Below are positions 28,422 to 37,739 of a stretch of DNA of 64,000 nucleotides, piece after piece. The stretch's first letter is position 1, and every line of letters starts with the position of its first letter. The notes below the pieces were generated by a model that searched no databases, was not told the DNA's origin, and saw only the letters and a list, made by a program, of their open reading frames with translations. This stretch comes from Limisphaerales bacterium (GTDB lineage Bacteria; Verrucomicrobiota; Verrucomicrobiia; Limisphaerales; Palsa-1400), in assembly GCA_052139695.1 (NCBI GenBank), contig JBKQWF010000309.1, forward strand, positions 7,829-71,828, in the 5' to 3' direction. A program made the translations under genes and the position numbers.

Positions 28422-29531
28422 ATGAAGAACCGTTTGGTTGTACTTCTCGCTGCCGTTCTCGGCTTATCTCAGTTCGCCATCGCGCAAGCGCCGCCGGGCA
28501 ATTCCACGGGCGCACCCGCTGTTTCCGCCACCGCACCGCTCCCTGCTCCCATGGGGATACCCAAGCCCGGTCCGACGAACGACGCCCCATACGCTCCCCA
28601 GGCCATTTTGCCAGGCGGTGTGGTGCTCACGCTTTATCCGCCCGGTTCGCCGTTCCTCAACATGGCGCGGGTGCGCGAGGCCGAGCAATACAACATGAGC
28701 CGCTCGGTCCCCGGACGGATCAACAGCATTGTCAACATCCACAACCCCTCGATTGAGGTCCATACAGTGGATGGCGGTCTCAACACCGGCGCCGCCATCA
28801 TCCTGGCGGCGGGTGGCGGCCACAGGACGCTCAACGTCGGCACTGAAGCGGCGGATTTTGTCCCCTACTTTTTTAATTATGGAGTCAACACGATCATCCT
28901 ACGCAATCGCCTCCGCAGCGACGGCTACGAACCGCGCACCGACGCAGTGAATGACGCCTTGCAAGCCCTCCGCCTGGTGCGCGCTCACGCCAGGGATTGG
29001 CACATTGACCCGGACAAAATCGGCATCATGGGATTTTCCGCGGGAGCGGAATTGGCCGCTCCAGCGGCGATCTTCTTCGCGGACTTCGACAAAACGAACA
29101 ACGCGCCTGGCGATCCTCTGGCCGGAATTTCTTCACGGCCCGATTTTGTCGGCATCATTTATCCTGGGCCCAGCCCGTTTGCGCGCGGGGGCAAGCCATC
29201 GATTCCCAGCAATACCCCGCCGGCTTTCATCACTTGCGCCGGCGCGGGCGACCGCGTTCATGCCATTTGGGCGGACGAGTATTTCAGCGCGATGTTGCGG
29301 GCGGGCATTCCGAACGTCGAAATGCACATTTACGGCAATGGCCGGCATCCGGGCGATCCGCTGAGCGACGGCAGCCACATGACCGGCGGGTTAACCGATC
29401 GCAATGGCATCCCCTTTGGCACCTGGCAAAACCGCTTCATCGACTGGTTCCGCGATCTCGGTTTCCTGCAAAAACCCGGCGTAGAAACCAAAGCCGCCCG
29501 TGATGTGAAAGTGTTTGCCAACCAGCCGTAA
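28422..29531 (+). CDS. Secreted alpha/beta hydrolase (carbohydrate-esterase/lipase-like)
   Basis: Signal peptide MKNRLVVLLAAVLGL and G-x-S-x-G elbow IGIMGFSAGAEL. ATG at 28422 is preferred over the track start at 28251. Confidence 0.6.
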   Translation: MKNRLVVLLAAVLGLSQFAIAQAPPGNSTGAPAVSATAPLPAPMGIPKPGPTNDAPYAPQAILPGGVVLTLYPPGSPFLNMARVREAEQYNMSRSVPGRINSIVNIHNPSIEVHTVDGGLNTGAAIILAAGGGHRTLNVGTEAADFVPYFFNYGVNTIILRNRLRSDGYEPRTDAVNDALQALRLVRAHARDWHIDPDKIGIMGFSAGAELAAPAAIFFADFDKTNNAPGDPLAGISSRPDFVGIIYPGPSPFARGGKPSIPSNTPPAFITCAGAGDRVHAIWADEYFSAMLRAGIPNVEMHIYGNGRHPGDPLSDGSHMTGGLTDRNGIPFGTWQNRFIDWFRDLGFLQKPGVETKAARDVKVFANQP

Positions 29532-29699
29532 AGGTGAAGAATGGGCCGCCTTGAGTTTTTGGGATGGATTCTAATCATGAGGATTTTCCTGTTTGCCTAT
29601 GGTCTGCAATTTCTCCGCGGTCTCCGCAGTGCCTCTGCGCGAGGAAATCCGTGCTCAAGTCAGAAAAACGGGGTCAGAAAAATGAAAAGAAAATCGCTT

Positions 29700-30896
29700 T
29701 TATCGCTGCGGTTCACCGGGCAGCCCATGGTCGCCTCGGCGAGGCAACCCTACCCATTGCTGAAACTCTTCGTTGCCCAAGGTTTTCTGCGCGAGAAGCG
29801 CGTAGCCTTCGGTGAGCGGATGGCTGGCGTCGGCGTAGAGTTCGCTGGGCAGAACTTCCGGCGCGAGGTGAGGGACTTTGTTTTCTGTTAACCACGCCAG
29901 GACGCCTTCGCGCAGTTTGCGGTACGGCGGCAGGCTTTCCTGGGCAACCATGTGTTCGTTGAACGGGCCAAGAATGACAAAAACGTCATTGCCACGTTCA
30001 CGCAGAGTCTTGACCACACGCCGAAATGCGCCCCACTGCAACGAGGTATCCAAACCGACCCACTCGAAGGGCGTGGCGCCGCCGTTTTGCGTCCACGATT
30101 TATGGCGAGGGCTTTTCGGACCGCGTTGCGAGTCGTCTGCCGGTGGGCCGGGGACGACGAGTGTGATTTGGGCGAGCGGGTCTTTGTAGCTGTTGGGATA
30201 GCGTGGCGGGTCATTGCCGTCATCTTCCAATGTCCAGTCAAGGATGCTTCTTTGTCCGAAATAAGCGCACTGCAAATGCTCCACCCAGGCGCTGAAGTTC
30301 AATTCCCGTTGCACGATAGCTTCCATCCGTTCGTTGGCGTCCGCTTTGTAGCAAGGAATGCGGGGAGAAAACTGCGGGACCAGCCGCGAATGGTTGAACT
30401 TCTCCTCCTTGTCAATTTGCAAATCCGCCTTGGGGCTGCTCAACCAAAGCAGGTTGCAGTGGAGAATGATTTTGCGGTTTTTTAAAGCATGGCCGTAGCT
30501 GTCAACAAGCCCTTCCAGCGCGAGCGGAAAAAGGCCGTTGACCCCGCCGTTGACAAATCTGTTTGTCTGACCGGACTGGGCGTTTAAAAAATGCGGCCAG
30601 GTCCCATCCGGCAGAACATATTCGCCCCAGATGACCGAGTCCCCCAGCATGACAATGCCGCGCGGGTCGATTCGATCATCCAGCCGCCGCTGGTAGAGCC
30701 AGTAATCTTTGCTCAAATCGTAGGGGATGCGGTAATCCGGGCCGGTGTCGAAACGTTCCATGCCTTTCCAAAGCCAGGGCGTGAGCACGATAACGAGCAA
30801 AATAATTCCCAGCGCGAACAGGCACTGCCGGGTGTTGAGCCGCATCTCGTTGACCATTGGCGTTGCGGCGCGCGCCGCGTTGGGCGTTTTGTCCAT
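29700..30896 (-). CDS. Membrane-anchored SGNH-like partner of the MBOAT O-acyltransferase
   Basis: One N-terminal TM segment and GDS block VMLGDSVIWGEY. Lies 2 nt downstream of the MBOAT stop. The C-terminal codons run into a repeat hairpin. Confidence 0.55.
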   Translation of the reverse strand: MDKTPNAARAATPMVNEMRLNTRQCLFALGIILLVIVLTPWLWKGMERFDTGPDYRIPYDLSKDYWLYQRRLDDRIDPRGIVMLGDSVIWGEYVLPDGTWPHFLNAQSGQTNRFVNGGVNGLFPLALEGLVDSYGHALKNRKIILHCNLLWLSSPKADLQIDKEEKFNHSRLVPQFSPRIPCYKADANERMEAIVQRELNFSAWVEHLQCAYFGQRSILDWTLEDDGNDPPRYPNSYKDPLAQITLVVPGPPADDSQRGPKSPRHKSWTQNGGATPFEWVGLDTSLQWGAFRRVVKTLRERGNDVFVILGPFNEHMVAQESLPPYRKLREGVLAWLTENKVPHLAPEVLPSELYADASHPLTEGYALLAQKTLGNEEFQQWVGLPRRGDHGLPGEPQR

Positions 30897-30898
30897 GA

Positions 30899-32500
30899 TC
30901 AGAATTGGAAGTAGATGAACGCCCCGCCCCCCGAGGAAAACAGAAAGAGATAAATGGCCATAAACGCCGCGATGCCCACTCGCACAAAACCGATGCGCAG
31001 CCATTCCCGATAGCGCGATTCGTAGAGGAATTGGTAGAGCCAAATCACCGCAATCAAGGCCAGCATCAGCCACGGAATCTGCGGATCGGACCACACCGAG
31101 TTGAAAATGCGTCCGACGATCAGCCAGGCGTCACTGAGCGATTCAGCGCGGAAGAAAATCCAGGTAAAACAAACGAAGATAAAGACTCCGATCTGCTTGA
31201 GAATCCGCGGGACTTGCTCGCGATAAAAGGCCGAACGTTCCAATTCGCGCGTCGCCATGACTCCGAAAGCGTGCAAAGCCCCCCAAATCGCGAAAGTCCA
31301 GGCCGCTCCATGCCAGATGCCGGAGAGGAGAAAAGTAATGAACAAGTTCCGGTAGGTATTAAAGACACCGTTCCGGTTGCCGCCGAGCGGAATATAAACA
31401 TAGTCCCGGAACCAGGAGGAAAGACTGATGTGCCAGCGCCCCCAAAACTCGCCCAAGCCAGTGGAGAGATACGGATTATTGAAGTTCAGAATGAGATTAA
31501 AGCCCAGCAACCGCGCCACGCCCCGAGCCATGTCCGTGTAGCCGCTGAAATCAAAGAAAATCTGCCAGGCGAAAGCGAACGTCGCCAGCATCAGCGCCGG
31601 CGCGCCAAACGCCTTAGGGTTGTCGTAGACCCGCTCGACGTAGAACGCCAGGTAGTTCGCGAGAGCCAGTTTTTTGAACAGGCCCACCAAAAAGAGGGAC
31701 AAGCCGTCCGTAAAATTCTCCAGCCGGATGGGCGGGAATTCGCGAAATTGGGGAAGCAGATGCCTGGCGCGTTCAATGGGGCCCGCCATCAATTGCGGGA
31801 AAAAGCAAACGAAGGTGGCAAAGCGCAAAAAGTTGCGCTCCCTTTCCACATTGCCAAAATAGAAATCAATTGTGTAGCTCAGTGATTGAAAAGTGAAAAA
31901 GGAAATGCCAACGGGCAGCACGTAGGAAAATCCAAAGGGCATGAAGGTGGAGGGCTCCGGCAATTTCAACGACCAGTGAGACCACGCGAAAAGGGCGTTC
32001 AGGTTTTCCACCACAAAATGGCCGTATTTAAAAAAGAGCAACAGCGCGAGGTTGTTCACCAGGCTGATCAGCAGCCAGATGCGCCGGTTGCTCAAGAGGG
32101 CGCCCAAGGCCATGAGCAGAACGATCACTCCGAATCCGGCCAGCGTTGGCCGAAGATTCGGCGGGCCCAAGACCGCTGCCGCCACCAAAAGCGCGGTGGC
32201 GGCCATCGAGACCAGGAACGCTGTCTTCAGCACCCAATCATCGAATCGCAAGCGGAAAAGGCGGCCGGCAACATCGACCTTTCTTCCGCCGTGCGGACAG
32301 TGGTCCATGAGCGCGACTAGAAAATAATCCAAAACGGTCGAATAAAAGACCAGGAGCAGGTAATAAGGGTTCCACCAGCCGTAAAAGAAATACGAGGCGG
32401 CCATCAGCCAGGGAATCCACAACCGCGTCTTCCGCAACGAGTAGAAGACCGGCAGAACGATCAGCATGAAGACCAGGAACGGCCAGGTGTGGAACAGCAT
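30899..32500 (-). CDS. MBOAT family O-acyltransferase (AlgI/DltB-like)
   Basis: Multi-TM protein with the signature WHISLSSWFRDYVYIPLGGNR and the conserved His in GIWHGAAW. Confidence 0.9.
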   Translation of the reverse strand: MLFHTWPFLVFMLIVLPVFYSLRKTRLWIPWLMAASYFFYGWWNPYYLLLVFYSTVLDYFLVALMDHCPHGGRKVDVAGRLFRLRFDDWVLKTAFLVSMAATALLVAAAVLGPPNLRPTLAGFGVIVLLMALGALLSNRRIWLLISLVNNLALLLFFKYGHFVVENLNALFAWSHWSLKLPEPSTFMPFGFSYVLPVGISFFTFQSLSYTIDFYFGNVERERNFLRFATFVCFFPQLMAGPIERARHLLPQFREFPPIRLENFTDGLSLFLVGLFKKLALANYLAFYVERVYDNPKAFGAPALMLATFAFAWQIFFDFSGYTDMARGVARLLGFNLILNFNNPYLSTGLGEFWGRWHISLSSWFRDYVYIPLGGNRNGVFNTYRNLFITFLLSGIWHGAAWTFAIWGALHAFGVMATRELERSAFYREQVPRILKQIGVFIFVCFTWIFFRAESLSDAWLIVGRIFNSVWSDPQIPWLMLALIAVIWLYQFLYESRYREWLRIGFVRVGIAAFMAIYLFLFSSGGGAFIYFQF

Positions 32501-32562
32501 GACGGGGAGCCAGTTAGGTCATGGTAGTTAGCTCATCTCCCTACAGCGATTGGAACGGGATT

Positions 32563-32718
32563 GGGGAGCGCGACCGTCCCGGTCGCTCCAGCCGGCGTCC
32601 CGCCGGCTGGCGTGGGACTCAAAATCGGTCAAGATTTGCTGAACCATATCAAGCTGATCAACGTGCTGATGCCTTCGGCGGGACGCCGAAGGCTGCGGTC
32701 GGGACGACCGCGATCCCC
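32563..32718. mobile_element. 156-bp MITE-like repeat, copy 2
   Basis: About 91% identical by hand alignment (including conserved flanks 32538-32735) to 60731-60925. The ends are hairpins gcgaccgtcccggtcgc / gcggtcgggacgaccgc forming imperfect TIRs. Confidence 0.7.
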
Positions 32719-32965
32719 GGAACGTATCCGCGACCGTTTCCCGAAAGTGGTGCCGGTTCTTCATTGGCGCATCTTCACCCTCCCCGTTTTGCGGGGAGAA
32801 GGCTTGAAAGGTCCAAACTGCAGGGCGCGCTCGGAGAGCGCGCCCTACCCAAGCTGCCTGTTCGGGGCCCTTTTGGGACAGCTTCCGCCGAGGCGTCCTG
32901 GCGTCCCGGCGGGACGCCCCTACCAGCCGAAGAGTTTCGTTTCCCACCCGGTTGGCAGCGCGGCC

Positions 32966-33892
32966 TCATTTCGAGTTCGATTTCAATTGTTGCAATTCCT
33001 CTGGGGAAATCCGGCGGACACAACGAAACCCGCAATAATCCGTGTAGAAACACGCATCCGTATCGCCGGTGCGCTGGCCTTGCCGAAAGGTGGCCCGGCA
33101 CATGGCAGCGCTCGCCTTCCAAGAACCGCCGCGCATGACGCGTTTGACGTCCTTGCCCGGACTGGGGGGTCCATGCGGATCGACCGGGGCGTTCTCCTGA
33201 TAATAAGTGGGGCTATAGACGTCCTCGCACCATTCGGAGACGTTTCCGTACATGTCATACAATCCCCAAAGGTTGGGCTTCTTCTGTCCAACGGGATGGG
33301 TCTTTTCATCGGAATTATCCGCAAACCAGGCGTATTGCCGGAGCTTGTCCGGCTGCCCAAAATCGTAAGCCCCGTCCGTCCCGGCGCGACAGGCATATTC
33401 CCACTCGGCTTCCGTCGGCAGACGATAGCCGTTGGCAGAGTCATCGCACTCCCAATCCATCGTTTTTTCGTTATAGCACGGTTTCAAACCTTCGAGCATC
33501 GACCGCTCGTTGCAGTACTGCTTCGCGTCCCGCCAGCGTACCCGTTCCACGGGCTTGTTTGGATTATCCTGCCAGTGCGAGGGGTTGGGCAATTGCACCT
33601 TGGTGAACATTTCATGGGTCACCGGATACTTGTCCATCATGAAACTGGTGAGCTTGATCTTGTGGGGCGGACCTTCATCCGCGTTGCCCTGGCTCGTGCC
33701 CATCGTGAACTCGGCGCCTGGCAGATAAACCATTTCCACGCCCGATTTTGTCACCACTTCCACTCGTGCGGTTGGAAGGGAGGCTCCAGGCGGGGGGGCG
33801 CTTTTGGCGGGCCCTTCCGGGGAAGATTTGCCGCAGGAGCAGAGCAGAGCTAATCCCGCCGCCAGGCTGATGAGGCAAGCAGTTTTGACCAC
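32966..33892 (-). CDS. Formylglycine-generating enzyme (SUMF1/FGE-sulfatase) family lipoprotein
   Basis: Lipobox LLCSCG. Motifs MDKYPVT, YRLPTEAEWEYACRAGT, LYDMYGNVSEWCED, RVMRGGSW and GFRCVRR. Confidence 0.85.
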   Translation of the reverse strand: MVKTACLISLAAGLALLCSCGKSSPEGPAKSAPPPGASLPTARVEVVTKSGVEMVYLPGAEFTMGTSQGNADEGPPHKIKLTSFMMDKYPVTHEMFTKVQLPNPSHWQDNPNKPVERVRWRDAKQYCNERSMLEGLKPCYNEKTMDWECDDSANGYRLPTEAEWEYACRAGTDGAYDFGQPDKLRQYAWFADNSDEKTHPVGQKKPNLWGLYDMYGNVSEWCEDVYSPTYYQENAPVDPHGPPSPGKDVKRVMRGGSWKASAAMCRATFRQGQRTGDTDACFYTDYCGFRCVRRISPEELQQLKSNSK

Positions 33893-33903
33893 GGCCCCTC
33901 CCG

Positions 33904-34968
33904 TTAGTTGCTGTGCGGACGAAACCAGACGGACTCCTTATCGCTGAAACCGTTTGTTGTTAACATGGAGAAATCGGCATCGGTCGCGTGGTTGAGATCG
34001 ATGATTCTTGGCTCCGAGGCGGGCACAACTCCAATATTCCAACCTGGCGCATAGACGCCCATGATCTCACAGGCCGCTTGGAATGTCCCCACTTTGCTTA
34101 AATCTCCTTCGCCGTCAGGCCCGCGGCTGAAGCTGATAAATTGGCTGTCGGGCGACCATCTGGCATGATAAATCTTATTGGTGGCGTCTTTGATCTGAAT
34201 CCGCCACTCACCCACTTTTGGATCATCGGAATCGGTATCGATGGGCGCGGCCGCGATTTCATTATCGTTCGCGCCCCAGGCGACCTGTTTGCCATCGGGA
34301 CTAAAGCGCGGCCGGCAACCCGGTATTTTCAGGTCGATGATCTTGTTGCCATGCGCTTCGATCAGCAAGATCGTGTGATCAAAGCCCATCCCGGCATGGA
34401 CGGTGGAAACGATCCATTTGCCATTCGCGCTGAAATTGGGGTTATAAAGATGGTGCAAATTGGTGTAATTGGGGTGCGGCGTGACCTTGCCTGTCGCCAA
34501 ATCGTAAAAATTCATCCCCTTGGTGTAGTAATCAATGACGTTAAACTTGGAATACTCCTGGTCGAGGTACCCGAGGACTTTGCCGTCCGGCGCCCAAAAC
34601 GGTTCGCGGGCGTAGTCGGCGATTTTCTTGCGGTTCCGCCCGTCAATATCCATGACGTAGAGGCTGCGGACGGCTTCGCGCCCTTCGCCTTTGTCCGCCA
34701 CAAAACACATCTTCGTTCCGTCTGGGGAGACCTGGGGGTAATGCTCATTGAGGTCCGGCGTTTTGGTCAGGTTCAGCGCGCCGGAGCCATCCGGGTTCAT
34801 GACGAAGATTTCCCAATTGCCATTCACGTAGCTCTCGTAGGCGATTTTGAATGGCAGCGCCTTCAACCGTTCGCGCAACGGTTCAGTGTCCGAAGCGCGA
34901 GAGAATTGGGCCAGCGAAGCGAAAGCGGCCAGCAACCCAGCCACGCGAAAAAAAATTCCTCTCATCAT
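33904..34968 (-). CDS. Secreted TolB-like WD40/PD40 beta-propeller protein
   Basis: Signal peptide MMRGIFFRVAGLLAAF. Repeated PD40-like motifs (NWEIFVMNPDGSG, PQVSPDGTKMCF, LYVMDIDG, PFWAPDGKVL, PRFSPDGKQV, ARWSPDSQFI). Confidence 0.75.
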   Translation of the reverse strand: MMRGIFFRVAGLLAAFASLAQFSRASDTEPLRERLKALPFKIAYESYVNGNWEIFVMNPDGSGALNLTKTPDLNEHYPQVSPDGTKMCFVADKGEGREAVRSLYVMDIDGRNRKKIADYAREPFWAPDGKVLGYLDQEYSKFNVIDYYTKGMNFYDLATGKVTPHPNYTNLHHLYNPNFSANGKWIVSTVHAGMGFDHTILLIEAHGNKIIDLKIPGCRPRFSPDGKQVAWGANDNEIAAAPIDTDSDDPKVGEWRIQIKDATNKIYHARWSPDSQFISFSRGPDGEGDLSKVGTFQAACEIMGVYAPGWNIGVVPASEPRIIDLNHATDADFSMLTTNGFSDKESVWFRPHSN

Positions 34969-35277
34969 GCGGAGCGAAAGTAAAAGGCGTCTCCCACGAG
35001 GTCGAGAAAAATCGCTGAGATGAAGGAGAAGGAACGAGTCCAACTTTTGTATCGAATTGCAATGGCTTGTAGCGCAACAAGTTGCACCCGAGCCATCGGC
35101 CACCGGCTGGTGAGGAACTGCATGGAGCAAGTAGGCATCGCAAGCGGAATCCTAGCAGGCGTTTGGATGATCTTTATTGACCGGAGCGTTCCGTAGAGGT
35201 CAGATTCTTGTAATCGCCGACTTTCCGGGTAGCATCGATTTCAAAAACAATGGCAGCGGCAAGCGGAAGGTCCTTGT

Positions 35278-36012
35278 ATGCCTGAAACAAAATACATCTT
35301 GATTTTGGCGAATTCGATCCGCCCGGGAGGACATTGCGTGGCAGGAAAAATGGCGACCCCGCTCGCCAATGGGCTTTATGACGTAAGTGAGCGTTGGATT
35401 CGCCTTGTTGATCCGAAGAATTCGAAAGGAGGCGTTCCCTACGAATGCACTCTGTGCCAAGGAACCAAACCAGTTCGACCTCTTGACATTATCAAGGTTG
35501 TATTATTGGAATCATGTGGCAATCCAGATCATCCAGAAGATTGGTATTTTGATCGGTCACAGTCTTGGCAAGTCGAAAGTAATTTTGCGAAAAGATCTCT
35601 TCCAGCGATCATGGACACGCCCGCAACTCTTTGGCATGATGGTATCGCATCTAACGCCGTATCTGCTGGCTTCCTCCGCACCATGAAACCGCATCCATTC
35701 AGCATTTGCCTCATTTCGGCCCCAGCAAAGATGGACTTTTCTTTTTGGAAAAAACCCTTCCGGGACCATAATACCGGTCAGGACAAGACTAAATATGTTC
35801 GTGACTTATCATTTAATCGCGCCGGTATTTATCATGAGTTTTCTGTTACCGACCCAGAATTCATGAAGCGCCATAAAATATGGGACCGAATGACCGAGAT
35901 GCCGCAGATTATGAGAATCACGGATACGTCCAATTATTTTCTCTGTTTGAGCCTTGGGCTGGCATTTAACGAACGCCAATATAAAATTAGCGCAACTATT
36001 TTTGAGCCGTGA
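35278..36012 (+). CDS. Uncharacterised 244-aa protein, first gene of the DUF488 cassette
   Basis: MPETKYILILANSIRPGGHCVAGK..., strand-rich, with cysteines at GGHCVAG and CTLC. I recognise no family by eye. Lower GC than the surroundings. Its stop overlaps the next start (TGATG at 36010-36014). Confidence 0.6.
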   Translation: MPETKYILILANSIRPGGHCVAGKMATPLANGLYDVSERWIRLVDPKNSKGGVPYECTLCQGTKPVRPLDIIKVVLLESCGNPDHPEDWYFDRSQSWQVESNFAKRSLPAIMDTPATLWHDGIASNAVSAGFLRTMKPHPFSICLISAPAKMDFSFWKKPFRDHNTGQDKTKYVRDLSFNRAGIYHEFSVTDPEFMKRHKIWDRMTEMPQIMRITDTSNYFLCLSLGLAFNERQYKISATIFEP

Positions 36013-36608
36013 TGCGCGAGCTTTTTACAATCGGCCATTCGACGCTGCCTTGGGAACAATACTTGGAACTGTTGTTGCAACACCGCATCGAAGCCATCGC
36101 GGACGTGCGGAGCAATCCTTACAGCGCCCGCTTTCCCCAATACAATCGCAGAAGCCTGGATCGTGCATTGCGGGCTGCGAGCATCCGTTACGTCTTTCTG
36201 GGCGACGAACTGGGCGCGCGTCGTAACGAGCGTGATTGCTACGTTGAGGGCGTTGCCCGTTATGATCGGATCGCCCAGACATCGGCGTTTCGCGCAGGAC
36301 TCGAGCGCGTGCGAAACGGCGTTGCACGCTTTCGCTTGGCCCTGATGTGTGCAGAGAAAGATCCACTGGAATGTCATCGAACCATCTTGGTTTGTCGCCA
36401 GTTCCGAAACGATATGGACATTCGCCACATCTTGGGTAACGGCAGCCTTGAATTCCACACTGATTCAGAAACCCGCTTGATGGCCGAGGAAAACGTCCCG
36501 GGTAATGATCTTTTTGCTGCGCGCGAGGAATTGATTGCGAGAGCTTATGAGCGGCGCAGCGACAAGATTGCCTACCACGAGTGCGTTGAACCAGCCATGA
36601 ATACTTGA
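36012..36608 (+). CDS. DUF488 family protein (long form)
   Basis: LFTIGHSTL, ADVRSNPYS, YVFLGDELG and MCAEKDPLECHRTIL (the C-x-E-x5-CHR hallmark). I take the ATG at 36012 rather than the GTG at 36009. Confidence 0.8.
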   Translation: MRELFTIGHSTLPWEQYLELLLQHRIEAIADVRSNPYSARFPQYNRRSLDRALRAASIRYVFLGDELGARRNERDCYVEGVARYDRIAQTSAFRAGLERVRNGVARFRLALMCAEKDPLECHRTILVCRQFRNDMDIRHILGNGSLEFHTDSETRLMAEENVPGNDLFAAREELIARAYERRSDKIAYHECVEPAMNT

Positions 36609-36611
36609 TTT

Positions 36612-37067
36612 ATGCCAGCAGAACCCATCTACGTTTTCACGGTCGGATTCACCAAGAAGACCGCCAGCGTTTTTTTTGAGAAACTGCGCGCTGCCAGCAT
36701 TAAGCGCGTGGTAGATGTCCGGCTAAACAAGGTTTCGCAACTTGCCGGTTTCAGCAAGCGTGACGACTTGAAATATTTTTTGAAGGAGATTCTTGACGTG
36801 GAATACGTTGAAGCTCCGTTGCTCGCCCCCACGCAACCGCTCCTGGACGCCTACAAGAAAAGCAAAGGCCGGTGGGAAGATTATGAGCGGGACTTTCTCC
36901 GATTGATGGAGGAGCGCCACATCGAGGACAAGATTGACCCGTCCTTGTTGGCTGGCGGATGCCTTTTGTGCAGCGAGGACAAGCCTCACCAGTGCCACCG
37001 CCGCTTGGTCTTGGAATATCTGCAAAAAAAATGGGGAGGCAATCTCGCGATTAAGCACATCACCTAA
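36612..37067 (+). CDS. DUF488 family protein (short, YeaO-like form)
   Basis: IYVFTVGFTKK, VVDVRLN and LLCSEDKPHQCHRRLV. Starts 3 nt after the preceding stop. Confidence 0.75.
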   Translation: MPAEPIYVFTVGFTKKTASVFFEKLRAASIKRVVDVRLNKVSQLAGFSKRDDLKYFLKEILDVEYVEAPLLAPTQPLLDAYKKSKGRWEDYERDFLRLMEERHIEDKIDPSLLAGGCLLCSEDKPHQCHRRLVLEYLQKKWGGNLAIKHIT

Positions 37068-37072
37068 ATCAA

Positions 37073-37099
37073 GCATGCATGCATGCATGCATGCATGCA
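37073..37099. repeat. (GCAT)6.75 self-complementary tetranucleotide microsatellite
   Basis: gcatgcatgcatgcatgcatgcatgca, 5 nt after the stop at 37067 and between convergent genes. Confidence 0.95.
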
Positions 37100-37171
37100 C
37101 TCATAATTGTTACCGACCTTAGACGGTTCAGTAACCAAGAAACTGTTTGCGCCGCTACGTCTGCCCTGCCC

Positions 37172-37612
37172 TCAGCGTCCCGCCACGTAAGCTTCCAATT
37201 GGTTAATGGCGGCGGTTTGGGCGGAAATGATCCAATTCACCATGTCGCCGATGGAGACGAACCCGACCATTTTGCCTTCTTCGAGCACCGGCAGATGGCG
37301 GACATGCCGTTCGGACATCAGGCGCATAGCGTCCTCGACAGTATCATTGGGGCTGATTGTGGCCACGTTCGAGGTCAATATGTCCCGGACCTTCGTCTTT
37401 TGCGACGTTTTGCCTTCCAAAGCCACCTTGCGGGTGTAATCGCGCTCGGAAAAGATGCCGATGAGCTTGTCGCCTTCCATCACGGGAAGGGCGCCGATAT
37501 TCTTCTTGGCCAGCACTTGGATGGCCTCGAAGACGGTCGCATCTGGCGGGATAATCCAGACGGACGCGCCTTTATGGTGCAATATGCAACTGATAGTACC
37601 TGTCGTTGTCAT
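37172..37612 (-). CDS. CBS domain pair protein
   Basis: 146 aa with two CBS-like repeats (V.EA...L....IGALPVME and DAMRLMSERHVRHLPVLE). Confidence 0.8.
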   Translation of the reverse strand: MTTTGTISCILHHKGASVWIIPPDATVFEAIQVLAKKNIGALPVMEGDKLIGIFSERDYTRKVALEGKTSQKTKVRDILTSNVATISPNDTVEDAMRLMSERHVRHLPVLEEGKMVGFVSIGDMVNWIISAQTAAINQLEAYVAGR

Positions 37613-37739
37613 GGGTCTTTACCCAAGTCTAACATCGGCGCGACAGTAAGCCAACAAAAAGTTTAGCAAAACCATAACTTATTTTTGGCGCCGCCAATTT
37701 TGGATTGCGCCCGGGTCCTGGGCGGCGTAGTCATCCGGC

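Noticed and set aside
32561-33853. 430-aa + strand ORF
   Set aside because: It starts inside the MITE-like repeat and then runs antisense to the FGE-family gene, so it is not a gene. The same applies to ORFs 2987..3490, 3009..3653, 32521..33138 and 60743..60985, which translate repeat DNA.
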